A stretch of 63,478 nt of DNA, the filler included, from an uncultured Methanosarcinales archaeon (GTDB lineage Archaea; Nanobdellota; Nanobdellia; Woesearchaeales; GW2011-AR9): assembly GCA_964434885.1 (NCBI GenBank). It is 3 parts of 3 records of this genome, joined end to end, with 100 filler letters (N's around TTAATTAATTAA, not from the genome) between each part and the next. Parts side by side here need not be neighbours in the genome. Positions count along the whole stretch, not along the records: positions 40,690 to 63,478 come from CAYSWQ010000010.1; 2 more parts are not named here. One strand, given 5' to 3'. Numbering within the stretch: position 1 is the first letter of the stretch; each line of letters opens with the position of its first letter. A model generated the notes under the pieces. That model searched no databases, was not told where the DNA came from, and saw only the letters and a program-made list of their open reading frames with translations. The position numbers and the translations under genes were made by a program. This document shows positions 46,260 to 56,599 of the stretch, in pieces.

Positions 46260-46631
46260 TTAAAGAAATAAAACATATAAAATCCAACCAGCAATAACTA
46301 GCCAAATAGCCCAGAAGAACCAAACTCTTTTCTTGTCTTTTAATAAAACCTTAACCCATTTTTGATAATGTTTTGGGTATTGGATTAACATCAAAGCAAA
46401 TAACATTGAGCCTAGCCATAACGCAGGAATTACTTGAATGATTGTCAAAGTGGTTAAGACAAAATAACCTAATACTACCATCAAAATTACTATCAATATA
46501 TTTAGTATTTTAGTCTTATTGACAAAAAGATCTACTATTTTTAACATCCACTCTGGCTTTACTAAAAATACCAAAACTTTCAACAATATACCTATAGCAA
46601 AAATCAAAGAAATTATTTCTAATGTGTTCAT
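46260..46631 (-). CDS. Small 4-TM membrane protein
   Basis: Hydrophobic 123-aa ORF with GAGGTGA SD. Confidence 0.8.
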   Translation of the reverse strand: MNTLEIISLIFAIGILLKVLVFLVKPEWMLKIVDLFVNKTKILNILIVILMVVLGYFVLTTLTIIQVIPALWLGSMLFALMLIQYPKHYQKWVKVLLKDKKRVWFFWAIWLVIAGWILYVLFL

Positions 46632-46684
46632 ACTATCACCTCTAGTTTGAAGTAATGGAAAGAATTATTTAAATTTAACCCGAT

Positions 46685-48772
46685 TTATTTTTTCCAACTG
46701 GGGACCATTGATTCGCAATTGCAAGCGCAGGGAGCACTTGATTGGCTGCGGTAATCTGCTTGGGCAAACATTTTCTCGAAAGCTGCTTTGAATTCTGCAT
46801 CCATGTATTTGATTGGGCATTCTTGTTTGTCATCAATAGTTAAGCCAATATGTAAATGGTGTTCTCCATGAGGAATCAAAACTGCTTGGGCAAGATAATC
46901 TCCTTTTTTGACTTTATCTCCAACTTTAACTTGAATGTTTTTTAAACCAGAATAATCTAAATTAAAACCATTGCCTCTGATGTTGAGAATCTCTCCCGAA
47001 CCTTCTTCTTTACCAACTTGAATTCTTTCTATTGTTCCGCTTTCCGCAGCATAAATCTTGGTATCTGGTTTTAATTCAAAATCGAAAGCACCATGGATTT
47101 GACCAGACATTATTTTTGCACAGAAAGGAACAATTCCCCAATATTTCGTAGAGTAATCTTCTACCTTGAAAGGTAAAGATAAAACTGGTGCATTTAGATC
47201 AGTAACTGGAGAATATTCTTTGTTAGTTAAACATACTTCTTTTTTAATTGTTGGTTTTTTGGTGGTGGTTGTTTTTTCTGGAAAATTGTTTGTATTACTT
47301 TTTGGATATTCTTTTTGGAATTTATTTTTAATCGGTTTTTTTAGATCTTCTTTTGTTGATTCTTTTTTCATTTGATTTTTCTGAAACAAATTTTTGAACC
47401 AGAAAATTATTTTATCAAAAAAACCCATTGGTTTTTTCTCAAATGTTGGTGGGGTTGATTTGGAAGAGGTAGTTTTTTGAGGAAGTGGAACAATATTTTT
47501 TTCTGACTGAGAATTTATACTTGGCTGACTTATATTTGAAGATTGATTCTCAACTTTTTTTGTTTTTTCAGTGTAGCTTTCTTTTTTAATTTTGGGTTTG
47601 CTTCCAAAAGCATACAAATAACCATCCCATGATCCGATATAAACTGTACCATCTTTGCCGATTGCTGGAGAAGAGCCAATCGAACCTGCTAAATATTTCC
47701 ATTTTATTTTACCTTCTGAAGTCAAGGCATAAAAATAACCATTATTTGACCCAAAATAAATAGTACCTTCTTTGCCGATGGCAGGAGAAGAATCAATTTC
47801 TTTTCCAGTATCGTATTTCCAATTAATTTTTCCAGTTGGACTAACAGCATAGAAAACACCATCAATATCACCAAAATAAATTGTTCCATCCGAACCGATA
47901 GCCGGAGTACTCATCACTTCTTTAGTTGGTAAAGTTAAAGTCCATTTAATCTTTTGGTCTTTAATGGCATAAATTCCAGCACCTGTTTTCTGAGTATCAA
48001 TGAAAGATCCCAAATAGATTGTTCCATCATTAGCTAGCGCTGGACTAGATTCTAAAAACAAAGGGGTAGCCACTTCCCATTTCTTATTTCCTTGAGGACT
48101 ATAGGCAAAAAGTTTATTACTTGATGAATCAGTGGGTAAGGCAGTATAAATGGTCCCATCTTTTCCAAGAGTAGGAGAATTAAACATTCGTGTCTTAGTA
48201 CTCTTCTTCCACTTTAATGACCCGTCAGGATTGAAGGCATACAAACCCCCTTTTGGAGGAGAAACAGTCATATAGATTGTACCATCACTGCCAATAACTG
48301 GGGAAGCCCAGGAATCAAAAGAAATTCCCATTGCATATTTCCATTTAATCTTTCCATACTTATCAATAGCATAAAATGATTGGTCTCGGGAAGCAAGATA
48401 GATTGTTCCATCCTGAGCAATAGCGGGAGTGGAAGATGTACTAGAAAGGTGGCCATATTTTTGTTTTTCGATTGGAGTACCAATTTTTACTTTCCATTTT
48501 TGAGTGCCATCTGGATTAATGGCATATAAATATCCATCATGAGAACCAACATAAATAGTTCCATCACCATCAATAGTCGGGGAGGATTCAATTCCATCTC
48601 CTGTCTTGAATTTCCATTTTACAGTTCCATCAATATGACTAGTATCATAATGAGATAAACCAGTACGTTGATTATTGCCATGGAAAGTGCCCCAGGCAGA
48701 ATCTACAGGCTGGGCAGAAATAAAACTAAATGAAATGAGAAAAATTACTAATAGGGTTGCCTCTTTTTTCAT
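46685..48772 (-). CDS. Secreted PQQ-like beta-propeller protein with C-terminal M23 peptidase domain
   Basis: About 8 SSPAIGxDGTIYxGSxDGxxYA...KW blades; HGAFD (HxxxD), VKVGDKVKKGD, HLH. Confidence 0.85.
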   Translation of the reverse strand: MKKEATLLVIFLISFSFISAQPVDSAWGTFHGNNQRTGLSHYDTSHIDGTVKWKFKTGDGIESSPTIDGDGTIYVGSHDGYLYAINPDGTQKWKVKIGTPIEKQKYGHLSSTSSTPAIAQDGTIYLASRDQSFYAIDKYGKIKWKYAMGISFDSWASPVIGSDGTIYMTVSPPKGGLYAFNPDGSLKWKKSTKTRMFNSPTLGKDGTIYTALPTDSSSNKLFAYSPQGNKKWEVATPLFLESSPALANDGTIYLGSFIDTQKTGAGIYAIKDQKIKWTLTLPTKEVMSTPAIGSDGTIYFGDIDGVFYAVSPTGKINWKYDTGKEIDSSPAIGKEGTIYFGSNNGYFYALTSEGKIKWKYLAGSIGSSPAIGKDGTVYIGSWDGYLYAFGSKPKIKKESYTEKTKKVENQSSNISQPSINSQSEKNIVPLPQKTTSSKSTPPTFEKKPMGFFDKIIFWFKNLFQKNQMKKESTKEDLKKPIKNKFQKEYPKSNTNNFPEKTTTTKKPTIKKEVCLTNKEYSPVTDLNAPVLSLPFKVEDYSTKYWGIVPFCAKIMSGQIHGAFDFELKPDTKIYAAESGTIERIQVGKEEGSGEILNIRGNGFNLDYSGLKNIQVKVGDKVKKGDYLAQAVLIPHGEHHLHIGLTIDDKQECPIKYMDAEFKAAFEKMFAQADYRSQSSAPCACNCESMVPSWKK

Positions 48773-48861
48773 AACTAAAGTAATGCTTAATCATTTATAA
48801 TTATTTGGGAAACATTTGTTGCAACTAAACTTTTTTAAACATTAAAACATTGCTTCTGTTT

Positions 48862-50304
48862 ATGAAGAGATTGAGATGTTTGATGTTGTTTTTGTTAGTT
48901 GTTGTTTTTCTTTTAAGTTGTACTATTCCTGAGAAAAAGGAAATAAGTTCTGAAAAGAAAGTAGCTAACATATCTAAACAATTCTCTAAAGAAAAAGGAA
49001 TCACTAATTTTTTTGTTTATCAAAACAACATTACTATGCATAATGCATTTTATGTTAATTTCCCCCTTAATAAATCAACGGCAGAAAAAGTTGCCTTGGA
49101 TTCTTGTGGATGGAAAAATTTAAAGATTGGTGAAAAATTAACCAAATCTGTTGGTGATTGTAAAGATTACTGGAATTTAGAAGTTAAAGCAGAAGGACAT
49201 TGTCGGAAACATGTGGTTAATGTTTGTGTAGATAAACCAAAAGTATTTTGTGAAGGCTTTGCCGTTGATCAGAAGTGTGAAGATGCTAAGAAACCGAAAT
49301 GTTCCAATGAAACCAAAAAATGTCCGGATGGAACTATTCTTACTCTTTCTTTACCAGATTGTAAATTTAAAGATTGTCCAAAAGCACCAGCTACTCCTAA
49401 AAATTATAAAATTGAAAATGGCACTTTACCAGAAAAGACAATCACTGTTAGTTTTCCATTAGATAAACAAGATGCTTTGAAAGTGGGAATGGCTGCTTGT
49501 GGAGTGGATAAGAATTCTAAGATGCCCCCTAATGTTTATGAAAATGTATTGTCTCAATGTTTTAATGCTTGGGATATTAAAGATAATTCCAATCCGTGTG
49601 ATGTAAAAAGAGCAATTGTTTGTGAAAATGTCAGTTATGTGAAATGTAGTTCTGGAGGTCAAACAGGTACTGCTGAATGTATCAATAGAACCCCATTGAT
49701 TCAAAAAGAATATCATCCAAAATTCCTTGTTTTCCATCCAATTAATTTATCACAAACCAAAAAGTTTTCCAGATTTAGAAGTTGTTCAGGACATGATTAT
49801 AGTGGTTATAATGTTAAAGGAGAATTGGAAACAGAAAGGTCAATGAAGCATTATATTCGTAGAGGAGACGATATTCATGAAATGCATATGTATGCGCCGT
49901 TTAATGGAACAGTTTACAAATATTATGCAGAACAAAAAGGGAATGATTATGCTTTAGAAATAAGAGGAGATCACAGTGGAAAATGGCTCTTTGAATTTGG
50001 ACATATGTTTAAAATGGAAAATTTAAAATTAGGGGACAAAGTTACGGCGGGTCAATTAGTAGGTAGTACTAAAGTTGGTGGTCCTTATGGAGGTACTGAA
50101 ATCGCATTATATTATTATACAGATGGGAAAGGCTGGACCAGAGATACCCCATTTAATTATATGTCAGATGAACTTCTACGAGATTATGCTGCGCGTGGAT
50201 TAACTCCAGAAAATATGATCTTTACTAAAGAAGAAAGAGACGCTGATCCTTGCCGATGGAAAGGAGAACCTGCAGGAACTTGGGTTAGTTTGAAATCCTC
50301 TTAA
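48862..50304 (+). CDS. Lipoprotein-like Cys-rich protein with M23-like C-terminal domain
   Basis: Lipobox-like LLSC; duplicated FPLxKxxAxKVxxxxCG module; YAPFNGTV...FGHM...GDKVTAGQLVG. Confidence 0.65.
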   Translation: MKRLRCLMLFLLVVVFLLSCTIPEKKEISSEKKVANISKQFSKEKGITNFFVYQNNITMHNAFYVNFPLNKSTAEKVALDSCGWKNLKIGEKLTKSVGDCKDYWNLEVKAEGHCRKHVVNVCVDKPKVFCEGFAVDQKCEDAKKPKCSNETKKCPDGTILTLSLPDCKFKDCPKAPATPKNYKIENGTLPEKTITVSFPLDKQDALKVGMAACGVDKNSKMPPNVYENVLSQCFNAWDIKDNSNPCDVKRAIVCENVSYVKCSSGGQTGTAECINRTPLIQKEYHPKFLVFHPINLSQTKKFSRFRSCSGHDYSGYNVKGELETERSMKHYIRRGDDIHEMHMYAPFNGTVYKYYAEQKGNDYALEIRGDHSGKWLFEFGHMFKMENLKLGDKVTAGQLVGSTKVGGPYGGTEIALYYYTDGKGWTRDTPFNYMSDELLRDYAARGLTPENMIFTKEERDADPCRWKGEPAGTWVSLKSS

Positions 50305-50567
50305 CTCTTGCAAGAACAAGAACTAGCTGAGAAATTTAATTCATATCTTCCATCTGGACCAATCCGATAGAATTGTAAATGTCTTGGTTCTACACTATTG
50401 ACTTTTTCAAAAAGATCTGCTACAGCTTCTTTTCTTGTACCTCCAAGACCAAACATTTCTTGAATAACATCAATGACAACAGTACTACCTGGATGCTTAC
50501 TGAAACGCTCTTGGTGTTTGTTGTATAAATCTCTTGCTTTGGTAAAATAAGGTGTTATTTCCATCAT
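50301..50567 (-). CDS. Small hypothetical protein
   Basis: 88-aa ORF with a TATA-like TTTTAAA about 23 nt upstream. Confidence 0.6.
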   Translation of the reverse strand: MMEITPYFTKARDLYNKHQERFSKHPGSTVVIDVIQEMFGLGGTRKEAVADLFEKVNSVEPRHLQFYRIGPDGRYELNFSASSCSCKS

Positions 50568-50697
50568 AATTGAGAAAATTAATTGTTTTTTTAAAAATCT
50601 TCTGAAATTGCATTCAAGTTAATAACTTCAATTAGGTTTGAAGTTTACCTTTATATATAAATAGAAGCATATCTTTATAGTAAGTGGTGATGTTAAA

Positions 50698-52665
50698 ATG
50701 TCTAAATTTATGATGAAATGGAAAATATTTAGTTTAATGGTTTGTTTATTGATAGTGGCTATTGCATTAGTTGGGTGTACAGATACTTCAAAAAACCTCT
50801 TTTGTAAAAATCCACGAGTTTGGATTAATGACAAATGTTGTTTAGATTCCAATTCCGATAAAATTTGTGATGAGCAAAAGATTTCTAAATTTAAATCAGG
50901 GGAAGAATTAGTTAAAGCTTTTGAAGAGGCTCAAAAGAATCGATATGGTGGAGGATTGAAGGGAGGAATGGAAGTTCTTACTATGGCTAAATCAGCCATA
51001 TCAGAATCTGCAGTTGCCGATACTGGTTCTACAGATTATTCATCAACCAATATTCAAGTAGCTGGTGTGGACGAAGCAGACATCATTAAAACTGATGGAA
51101 AATATGTTTATGCAGTTGCTAAACAAAAATTAATTATTGTACAAGCTGGTAGTGGGGCGGAAATTTTAAGTCAAATTAAATTAACTAATTTTAATCCGAT
51201 TGAGTTGTTTATTCATCAAAATAAATTATTGGTATTTGGGTATACAAATCAATATGAAAAATCAATTGGAGAGAAGACAACACTAATTGCACCCTATCCA
51301 AGATATTCTCAATTTATGGCAGTCAAAGTTTTTGATATTAAAAACAAAGGGAATCCGAAACAAATTAAAACAGTTGAATTTGAAGGGAGTTATTTAACTT
51401 CTCGAAAAATTGGAGAAAATGTTTATTTTGTAATTAATTCTTATCCAAAATATAAACCTCAACCATTGTGTGGAGATTTAGTGCCTTTGTATAGAGAAGA
51501 TGGCCAAGAAGCAAAACCAATTGCTAAGTGTACTGAGATTGGATATATTAAACCAATTCAAGCCAGTAATTTCATTACGATTGCTTCTATCTCGATGAAA
51601 GATCAAACTATTAACAAAGAAACTATTGTTGGGAGTGGTCAGAATGTTTATGCTTCTTTGAAAAATTTGTATATTGCGCAAACTAGTTGGCCAAGTTATA
51701 ATAAAATTGGAGTGCCAACTTCTGGTTATTCAGAAAAAACAGTGATTACTAAATTTTCTTTAGATAAAGGTAAACTGGTATTTCAAGGAACAGGAGAAGT
51801 TAAAGGCCATATTTTGAATCAGTTTTCAATGGATGAGAATGAAGGTTATTTCAGGATTGCTACTACCAAAGGTCAAGTTTGGAATAGTAAAGAAAAATCT
51901 ACTAACAATGTTTACGTTTTGGATAAGACTTTGAAACAGGTTGGTAAAATAGAAGATTTAGCTCCGGGAGAAAGAATTTACTCCGTTCGTTTTATGGGTA
52001 AAAAAGGATATGTGGTTACTTTTAAGAAAGTTGATCCTTTATTTGTTTTAGATTTAAATCCGAAAAATCCAAAAGTGTTGGGGAAGTTAAAAATCCCGGG
52101 ATATTCTGATTACTTACATCCCTATGATGAGAACCATTTAATTGGAATTGGGAAAGAAGCAGTAGAGGCAGAAGATTACCGAACAGGTAAACAACTTGAT
52201 TTTGCTTGGTATCAAGGGATGAAAATGGCAATCTTTGATGTTAGTGATGTCAATAATCCTAAAGAATTGCATCAAGTAGTGATTGGAGACCGAGGAACTA
52301 ACTCAGAAGCATTGCATAATCACAAAGCTTTTCTGTTTGATAGAGAGAAAAATCTTTTAGTGTTACCAATTCTTTTAGCAGAAATCAAGGGAGAAAAAAC
52401 CAAAGCTAACCAGTATGGAGAATACACTTTTCAAGGATCTTACGTTTATGATTTGACTTTGAAAAATGGATTTAAACTGAAAGGAAAAGTGACCCACTAT
52501 GATGATAATCAAGCTTTCAAGAAAAGTGGTTATTATTTCCGAGGCGATTATTCAGTTAAAAGAAATCTTTATATTGATGATAACTTATATACTTTTTCAG
52601 ATAGCAGATTACAACTGAATAAGTTAAATGATTTGTCTTTGGTAAAGAAATTGAATTTTAATTAA
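50698..52665 (+). CDS. Secreted beta-propeller domain protein (Beta_propel family)
   Basis: YSSTNIQVAGVDEADIIKTDG, LNQFSMDE, ERIYSVRF, DPLFVLDL, LKIPGYSDYLHP; lipobox-like LVGC. True start may be 50710. Confidence 0.9.
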   Translation: MSKFMMKWKIFSLMVCLLIVAIALVGCTDTSKNLFCKNPRVWINDKCCLDSNSDKICDEQKISKFKSGEELVKAFEEAQKNRYGGGLKGGMEVLTMAKSAISESAVADTGSTDYSSTNIQVAGVDEADIIKTDGKYVYAVAKQKLIIVQAGSGAEILSQIKLTNFNPIELFIHQNKLLVFGYTNQYEKSIGEKTTLIAPYPRYSQFMAVKVFDIKNKGNPKQIKTVEFEGSYLTSRKIGENVYFVINSYPKYKPQPLCGDLVPLYREDGQEAKPIAKCTEIGYIKPIQASNFITIASISMKDQTINKETIVGSGQNVYASLKNLYIAQTSWPSYNKIGVPTSGYSEKTVITKFSLDKGKLVFQGTGEVKGHILNQFSMDENEGYFRIATTKGQVWNSKEKSTNNVYVLDKTLKQVGKIEDLAPGERIYSVRFMGKKGYVVTFKKVDPLFVLDLNPKNPKVLGKLKIPGYSDYLHPYDENHLIGIGKEAVEAEDYRTGKQLDFAWYQGMKMAIFDVSDVNNPKELHQVVIGDRGTNSEALHNHKAFLFDREKNLLVLPILLAEIKGEKTKANQYGEYTFQGSYVYDLTLKNGFKLKGKVTHYDDNQAFKKSGYYFRGDYSVKRNLYIDDNLYTFSDSRLQLNKLNDLSLVKKLNFN

Positions 52666-52677
52666 TTTTTTTATTTT

Positions 52678-53658
52678 TTAACTTAAAGTTGTCAATCCAG
52701 AAATAATTTTTTCCAAAAGAAGATTGGAGCGATAATGTTCATCTAATTGAAGTTGGGAATCTTCATTGTTAAAAATTACTAAACCACAATTGGAAAAGGT
52801 AGTGGTTGGGAGTTTTAAGTAATTAAACAAAGTGGCGTTGATATTTCCATGAGCCACTACAAGAACATCAGTATCAAAATGATTGGTGAAATCTATTAAA
52901 GTTTGAGCCATTTTTTCTCCGTGTTCTTCAATAGTTGGTTCTAAGTTACATTCGATTAGATTGCGGCCTTGTAATAAATCTAAAAGAGGAAGATACATAC
53001 TTCCAAAAGTGGTAAAAAAATCTCTGACTTCGTCTTTGTTGTCTTCGCAGTATTGTAGTAATCCATCTACTGAAAACTGATTAATTTTTGATTTGATTTC
53101 AAAAGGACAATTTGAATCAGCGAACATACTCATCAACCCATATTCTAGAGGAAAACATTCTTGTATTTCTGGTCTGGGGAAAAAATTAATTCCTTGATAC
53201 AATTTAATGTCCATCTTGTGAGCTATTGTTCTGGCAGTTTGATGAGTACGAAAACTGGTGGAAGTCATAAAAACAAAATCTTTTTCATCTAAATAACAAC
53301 CTAATACTTGAGCTTGTTTAATTCCTTCCCCAGTTAAGTTTAACAAAGGAAGGTATAAATCATCGGTAATTTTTGTGAGAGGAATTATTGTCCCATTGTA
53401 ATCAGAAACACCTTCTGCTTGTTCATAAAGTTGTTTAAAATCAAGTTCTTTTTTTTGAAGAATGAAGTTTAATCTAGAATATTTAACACGACCTTCTTGT
53501 AGCATCTGTCTTTCTACTTCTAATTCATGGCCATAATTATAATCCATTTCTCCGAGAATTTCTCGATCAATTAAACCCCTTATTGTGGGTGGGGTGATTT
53601 TTTGATTGATTACGTTCTCGAAAGTTTGTCCATGTCGAGTTAAGTATATTTTGTTCAT
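52678..53658 (-). CDS. Histidine phosphatase superfamily protein with insertion
   Basis: IYLTRHGQT, LTGEGIKQA, RTHQTA, VLVVAHG. Confidence 0.8.
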   Translation of the reverse strand: MNKIYLTRHGQTFENVINQKITPPTIRGLIDREILGEMDYNYGHELEVERQMLQEGRVKYSRLNFILQKKELDFKQLYEQAEGVSDYNGTIIPLTKITDDLYLPLLNLTGEGIKQAQVLGCYLDEKDFVFMTSTSFRTHQTARTIAHKMDIKLYQGINFFPRPEIQECFPLEYGLMSMFADSNCPFEIKSKINQFSVDGLLQYCEDNKDEVRDFFTTFGSMYLPLLDLLQGRNLIECNLEPTIEEHGEKMAQTLIDFTNHFDTDVLVVAHGNINATLFNYLKLPTTTFSNCGLVIFNNEDSQLQLDEHYRSNLLLEKIISGLTTLS

Positions 53659-53748
53659 AAAATTAAAAGAAAGAGGGTGATTTATAAATCTTATCTAAGT
53701 TAGTATTTAAAAGTGGTGATTAAGTTCATGGCAAAGAGATATAAAAAA

Positions 53749-55152
53749 TTAATTCAACAACTTCTTCAACTCTTTAGAAATAATTTCTCCTGAAGCTTTA
53801 CCAGCTAATTTTTTCATACACATACCCATCAAAGCACCAAATGGAGCTTTCTTATTTTTATCTACAATCTGTTTGATGGTTTTGTGGAGATCTTCAGAAC
53901 TTAAAGATTCATATTTTTTAAGATTGAAGTTATCTTTAATCATATCAATCAAAACATCTAGAATAATATCTTTGGGAAATTTATCTTCAGACAAATGTTT
54001 GAATATTGCTCTAAAATGATCTTCATTTAATCTAGTTGGGTCAAGTTTGTATTTTCTTTTTATTTCTCGTAAAGTAGAAGTTAGGGTTTCAGCGATAAAT
54101 GCAACTTTTATTTTTGGATAAGTTTTTACTAATTCTTCAAATAAATCTCCTCTTTCTTTAACAATCAATTCTGCTAAATCTTGACTCAAACCTAATTTGA
54201 CAAAACGTTTGACTTTTTCTTTAATTAATTCTGGAATTTCGATGTCAGCCATACTTAATTGAACTAAAGGAATATCAGTTTCTGGATACATTCTAGCGGC
54301 TCCAGGTAAAGGGCGCAAGTATTTAGAAGTAAAATCTGGTTTGACATTTCTCACGTGAGGTTTTTCTTTTCCCTTGGTTTTAATTTGTCTTTTTATTTCA
54401 GTTTCAATATATCTCTCCATTACCCTTAAATCTTGAACCCCTTTCATCTCCACTCTTTCATGCCCTTTAATAGAAATATTAACATCTTGTCGAATGGTTC
54501 CAATTCCTCGACGTACTTTTCCAGTAGAACGTAAGATCATTCCAATGGTTTCAGCAGTTTTTTTAACTTCTTCTGGAGTTTGCATGTCTGGAGCAGTAAC
54601 AATTTCTAATAAGGGGATACCTAACCGATCTAAACGATAAGTAACAGACTCTTTATCTTCTTTGATTCTTCTCGCGGCATCTTCTTCTAGAATTAAATAA
54701 TTAATTCCAATCTTTTTTTCTCCAACTTGAATATGTCCATTTCTACCAACTAACATAGTTCTTTGAAAAGCAGAAGTATTACTTCCATCAACCACTGTTT
54801 TTCTCATCACTTGGGCTTGTTTAGGAATCTCACAATTCATCATCTTAGATACAGTTAAAGCAATCTTTAATGCTTCTGAGTTGATTGGGTGTGGTGGTTC
54901 TTCATCTAATTCTACCAAACAAGTGGTATCTTGATAACCTTGGTAAATGAAGTGTTTGCCCTTTAGTTGTTCATAAAAAGCAGCGACATCAACTTCGCCT
55001 TTTTCTCCAGCTACTGCTCTTAATTCTCTTTGAACTTCAAAACCAGGTTTATCTTCTCTTAATTGACTGGGACAAGAACAAAATAACTTGTTAGAATTTA
55101 ATTGTTGATGTATTTCTAACCCAGATTTAAAACCTAATTTTTTATAAGACAT
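53749..55152 (-). CDS. gatE: Glu-tRNA(Gln) amidotransferase subunit E (short form)
   Basis: GLEIHQQL, DEEPPH, MRKTVVDGSNTSAFQRT, RLDRLGIPL, GTIRQDVN, RPLPGAARMYPETD. Confidence 0.93.
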   Translation of the reverse strand: MSYKKLGFKSGLEIHQQLNSNKLFCSCPSQLREDKPGFEVQRELRAVAGEKGEVDVAAFYEQLKGKHFIYQGYQDTTCLVELDEEPPHPINSEALKIALTVSKMMNCEIPKQAQVMRKTVVDGSNTSAFQRTMLVGRNGHIQVGEKKIGINYLILEEDAARRIKEDKESVTYRLDRLGIPLLEIVTAPDMQTPEEVKKTAETIGMILRSTGKVRRGIGTIRQDVNISIKGHERVEMKGVQDLRVMERYIETEIKRQIKTKGKEKPHVRNVKPDFTSKYLRPLPGAARMYPETDIPLVQLSMADIEIPELIKEKVKRFVKLGLSQDLAELIVKERGDLFEELVKTYPKIKVAFIAETLTSTLREIKRKYKLDPTRLNEDHFRAIFKHLSEDKFPKDIILDVLIDMIKDNFNLKKYESLSSEDLHKTIKQIVDKNKKAPFGALMGMCMKKLAGKASGEIISKELKKLLN

Positions 55153-55298
55153 AAGAAGAGGAAAGTGAGTTTATTTAAAATGTTTTTTGTTTGTACATAT
55201 GAGATTGTAAAAAAATTAAGTTAAATAGTGGTGCTTAAGAGGAGAAAGTTTATATACCTAAAAAAAATGCTCTTATATTATTAAAAGAAGGTGATATA

Positions 55299-55934
55299 AT
55301 GAAAAAAGTTCAAAAGAACCAAGTTAACAAAAATTTATTATTCTTTGGGATAGGTTTTGTGTGCATTATAGCTGTCGTGGGTTTGGTTTTAAACCTGAGT
55401 GGTTCTAATGCTACTGGAGCAGCAATTAATGTAGAGTATTATGGTGCTTCTGAAAAATTAATGGAAAAAACAGGTACTTTGCAGACGTTAGTAGATTTAA
55501 AACCAGCAACTCTAAAAACGTTATCTACTCCAGAAGGAAGATTAGAGATTGCTAAAACTATTAACCAAAAAGTTGATTTCAAAGCAGGTGTGTTAAATAT
55601 CTACAAAAATGCACCATATTCTACTATTTCTGCAGGGTCATTAAATGGAGTGAGTTTAGGGGCAGCTAAAGAAGAAACTACGTTTATCCAAAACTTAGAT
55701 TGTTTGAAAAAAATAGGGGCTAATTTTCGTAACAGAGATGGTTTGAAATTGGCTTTGATTTCTGAATTGAAATATAGAGAATGTCGAAACAAATTAGGTT
55801 GGCATTATGCTTATCTAGAACATAGTTTTTTTAACCAGGAAGTAGGAGGAATCATGTGTAGACAAGAAGGTTCCAAATTATTTGCTGTTGAAGATAAAAA
55901 TGGTAATGTCATTACTGATGTTAGTCAATGTTAA
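55299..55934 (+). CDS. Membrane-anchored hypothetical protein, tandem paralog 1
   Basis: TM + ATGAAI; 4 Cys conserved across the three paralogs; AGGTGA SD. Confidence 0.85.
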   Translation: MKKVQKNQVNKNLLFFGIGFVCIIAVVGLVLNLSGSNATGAAINVEYYGASEKLMEKTGTLQTLVDLKPATLKTLSTPEGRLEIAKTINQKVDFKAGVLNIYKNAPYSTISAGSLNGVSLGAAKEETTFIQNLDCLKKIGANFRNRDGLKLALISELKYRECRNKLGWHYAYLEHSFFNQEVGGIMCRQEGSKLFAVEDKNGNVITDVSQC

Positions 55935-55947
55935 GGGGTTGATATAA

Positions 55948-56583
55948 ATGAAAAATAAAGAAAAAAACACAATCTTTTTTTATGGTTTTGGAGTTTTGTT
56001 TGTTTTAGTAGTGGTGGGATTAATTATAGGATTTAGTGGTTCTACAACAGGGGCAGCAGTAATGGTGAAGAACTACGGGTTTTCAAATGAATTAATGGAT
56101 AATCGAGCAGGTACTTCACAAACATTGATTGAATTGTCTCAACCAGATTTAAATAAGTTAGGAGCAAGAGAGAATAATGTGGCACCTGTTGTTGTCAAAG
56201 AGATTGTTAAGTCAGAAAAATTTGCAATGGGGATAAGAGATGCTTATAAAAATAATCCTGCGGCCGCTCCTATTCCTGCTGGAAGTTTAGCAGAAGTGAA
56301 AAAAGCAGCTAAAATTGAAGGAACTAATTTTCAAAAAGACCTTACTTGTTTGAATAAAATTGGTAAAAATTATGGCCATAATTTAGAATTGAAAATGGTG
56401 TTGGTTTCTGAATTAAAATACCAAGAATGTGCAGCCAAATACAAAAATAAATTGTATGCGAATGTTAAACATAGTTTTTACAAAAAAGAAGATAAGAGTT
56501 TTCTGTGTAGTCAAGAAAGTGACAAGTTATTTTTGATTAATAAAGAATCAGGTGCAGTGAACTTAAAAACTGAAGATTGTTAA
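55948..56583 (+). CDS. Membrane-anchored hypothetical protein, tandem paralog 2
   Basis: TM + TTGAAV; SELKYQEC, HSFY, CSQE. Confidence 0.85.
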   Translation: MKNKEKNTIFFYGFGVLFVLVVVGLIIGFSGSTTGAAVMVKNYGFSNELMDNRAGTSQTLIELSQPDLNKLGARENNVAPVVVKEIVKSEKFAMGIRDAYKNNPAAAPIPAGSLAEVKKAAKIEGTNFQKDLTCLNKIGKNYGHNLELKMVLVSELKYQECAAKYKNKLYANVKHSFYKKEDKSFLCSQESDKLFLINKESGAVNLKTEDC

Positions 56584-56599
56584 AGAAAAGAGGTGAAAA

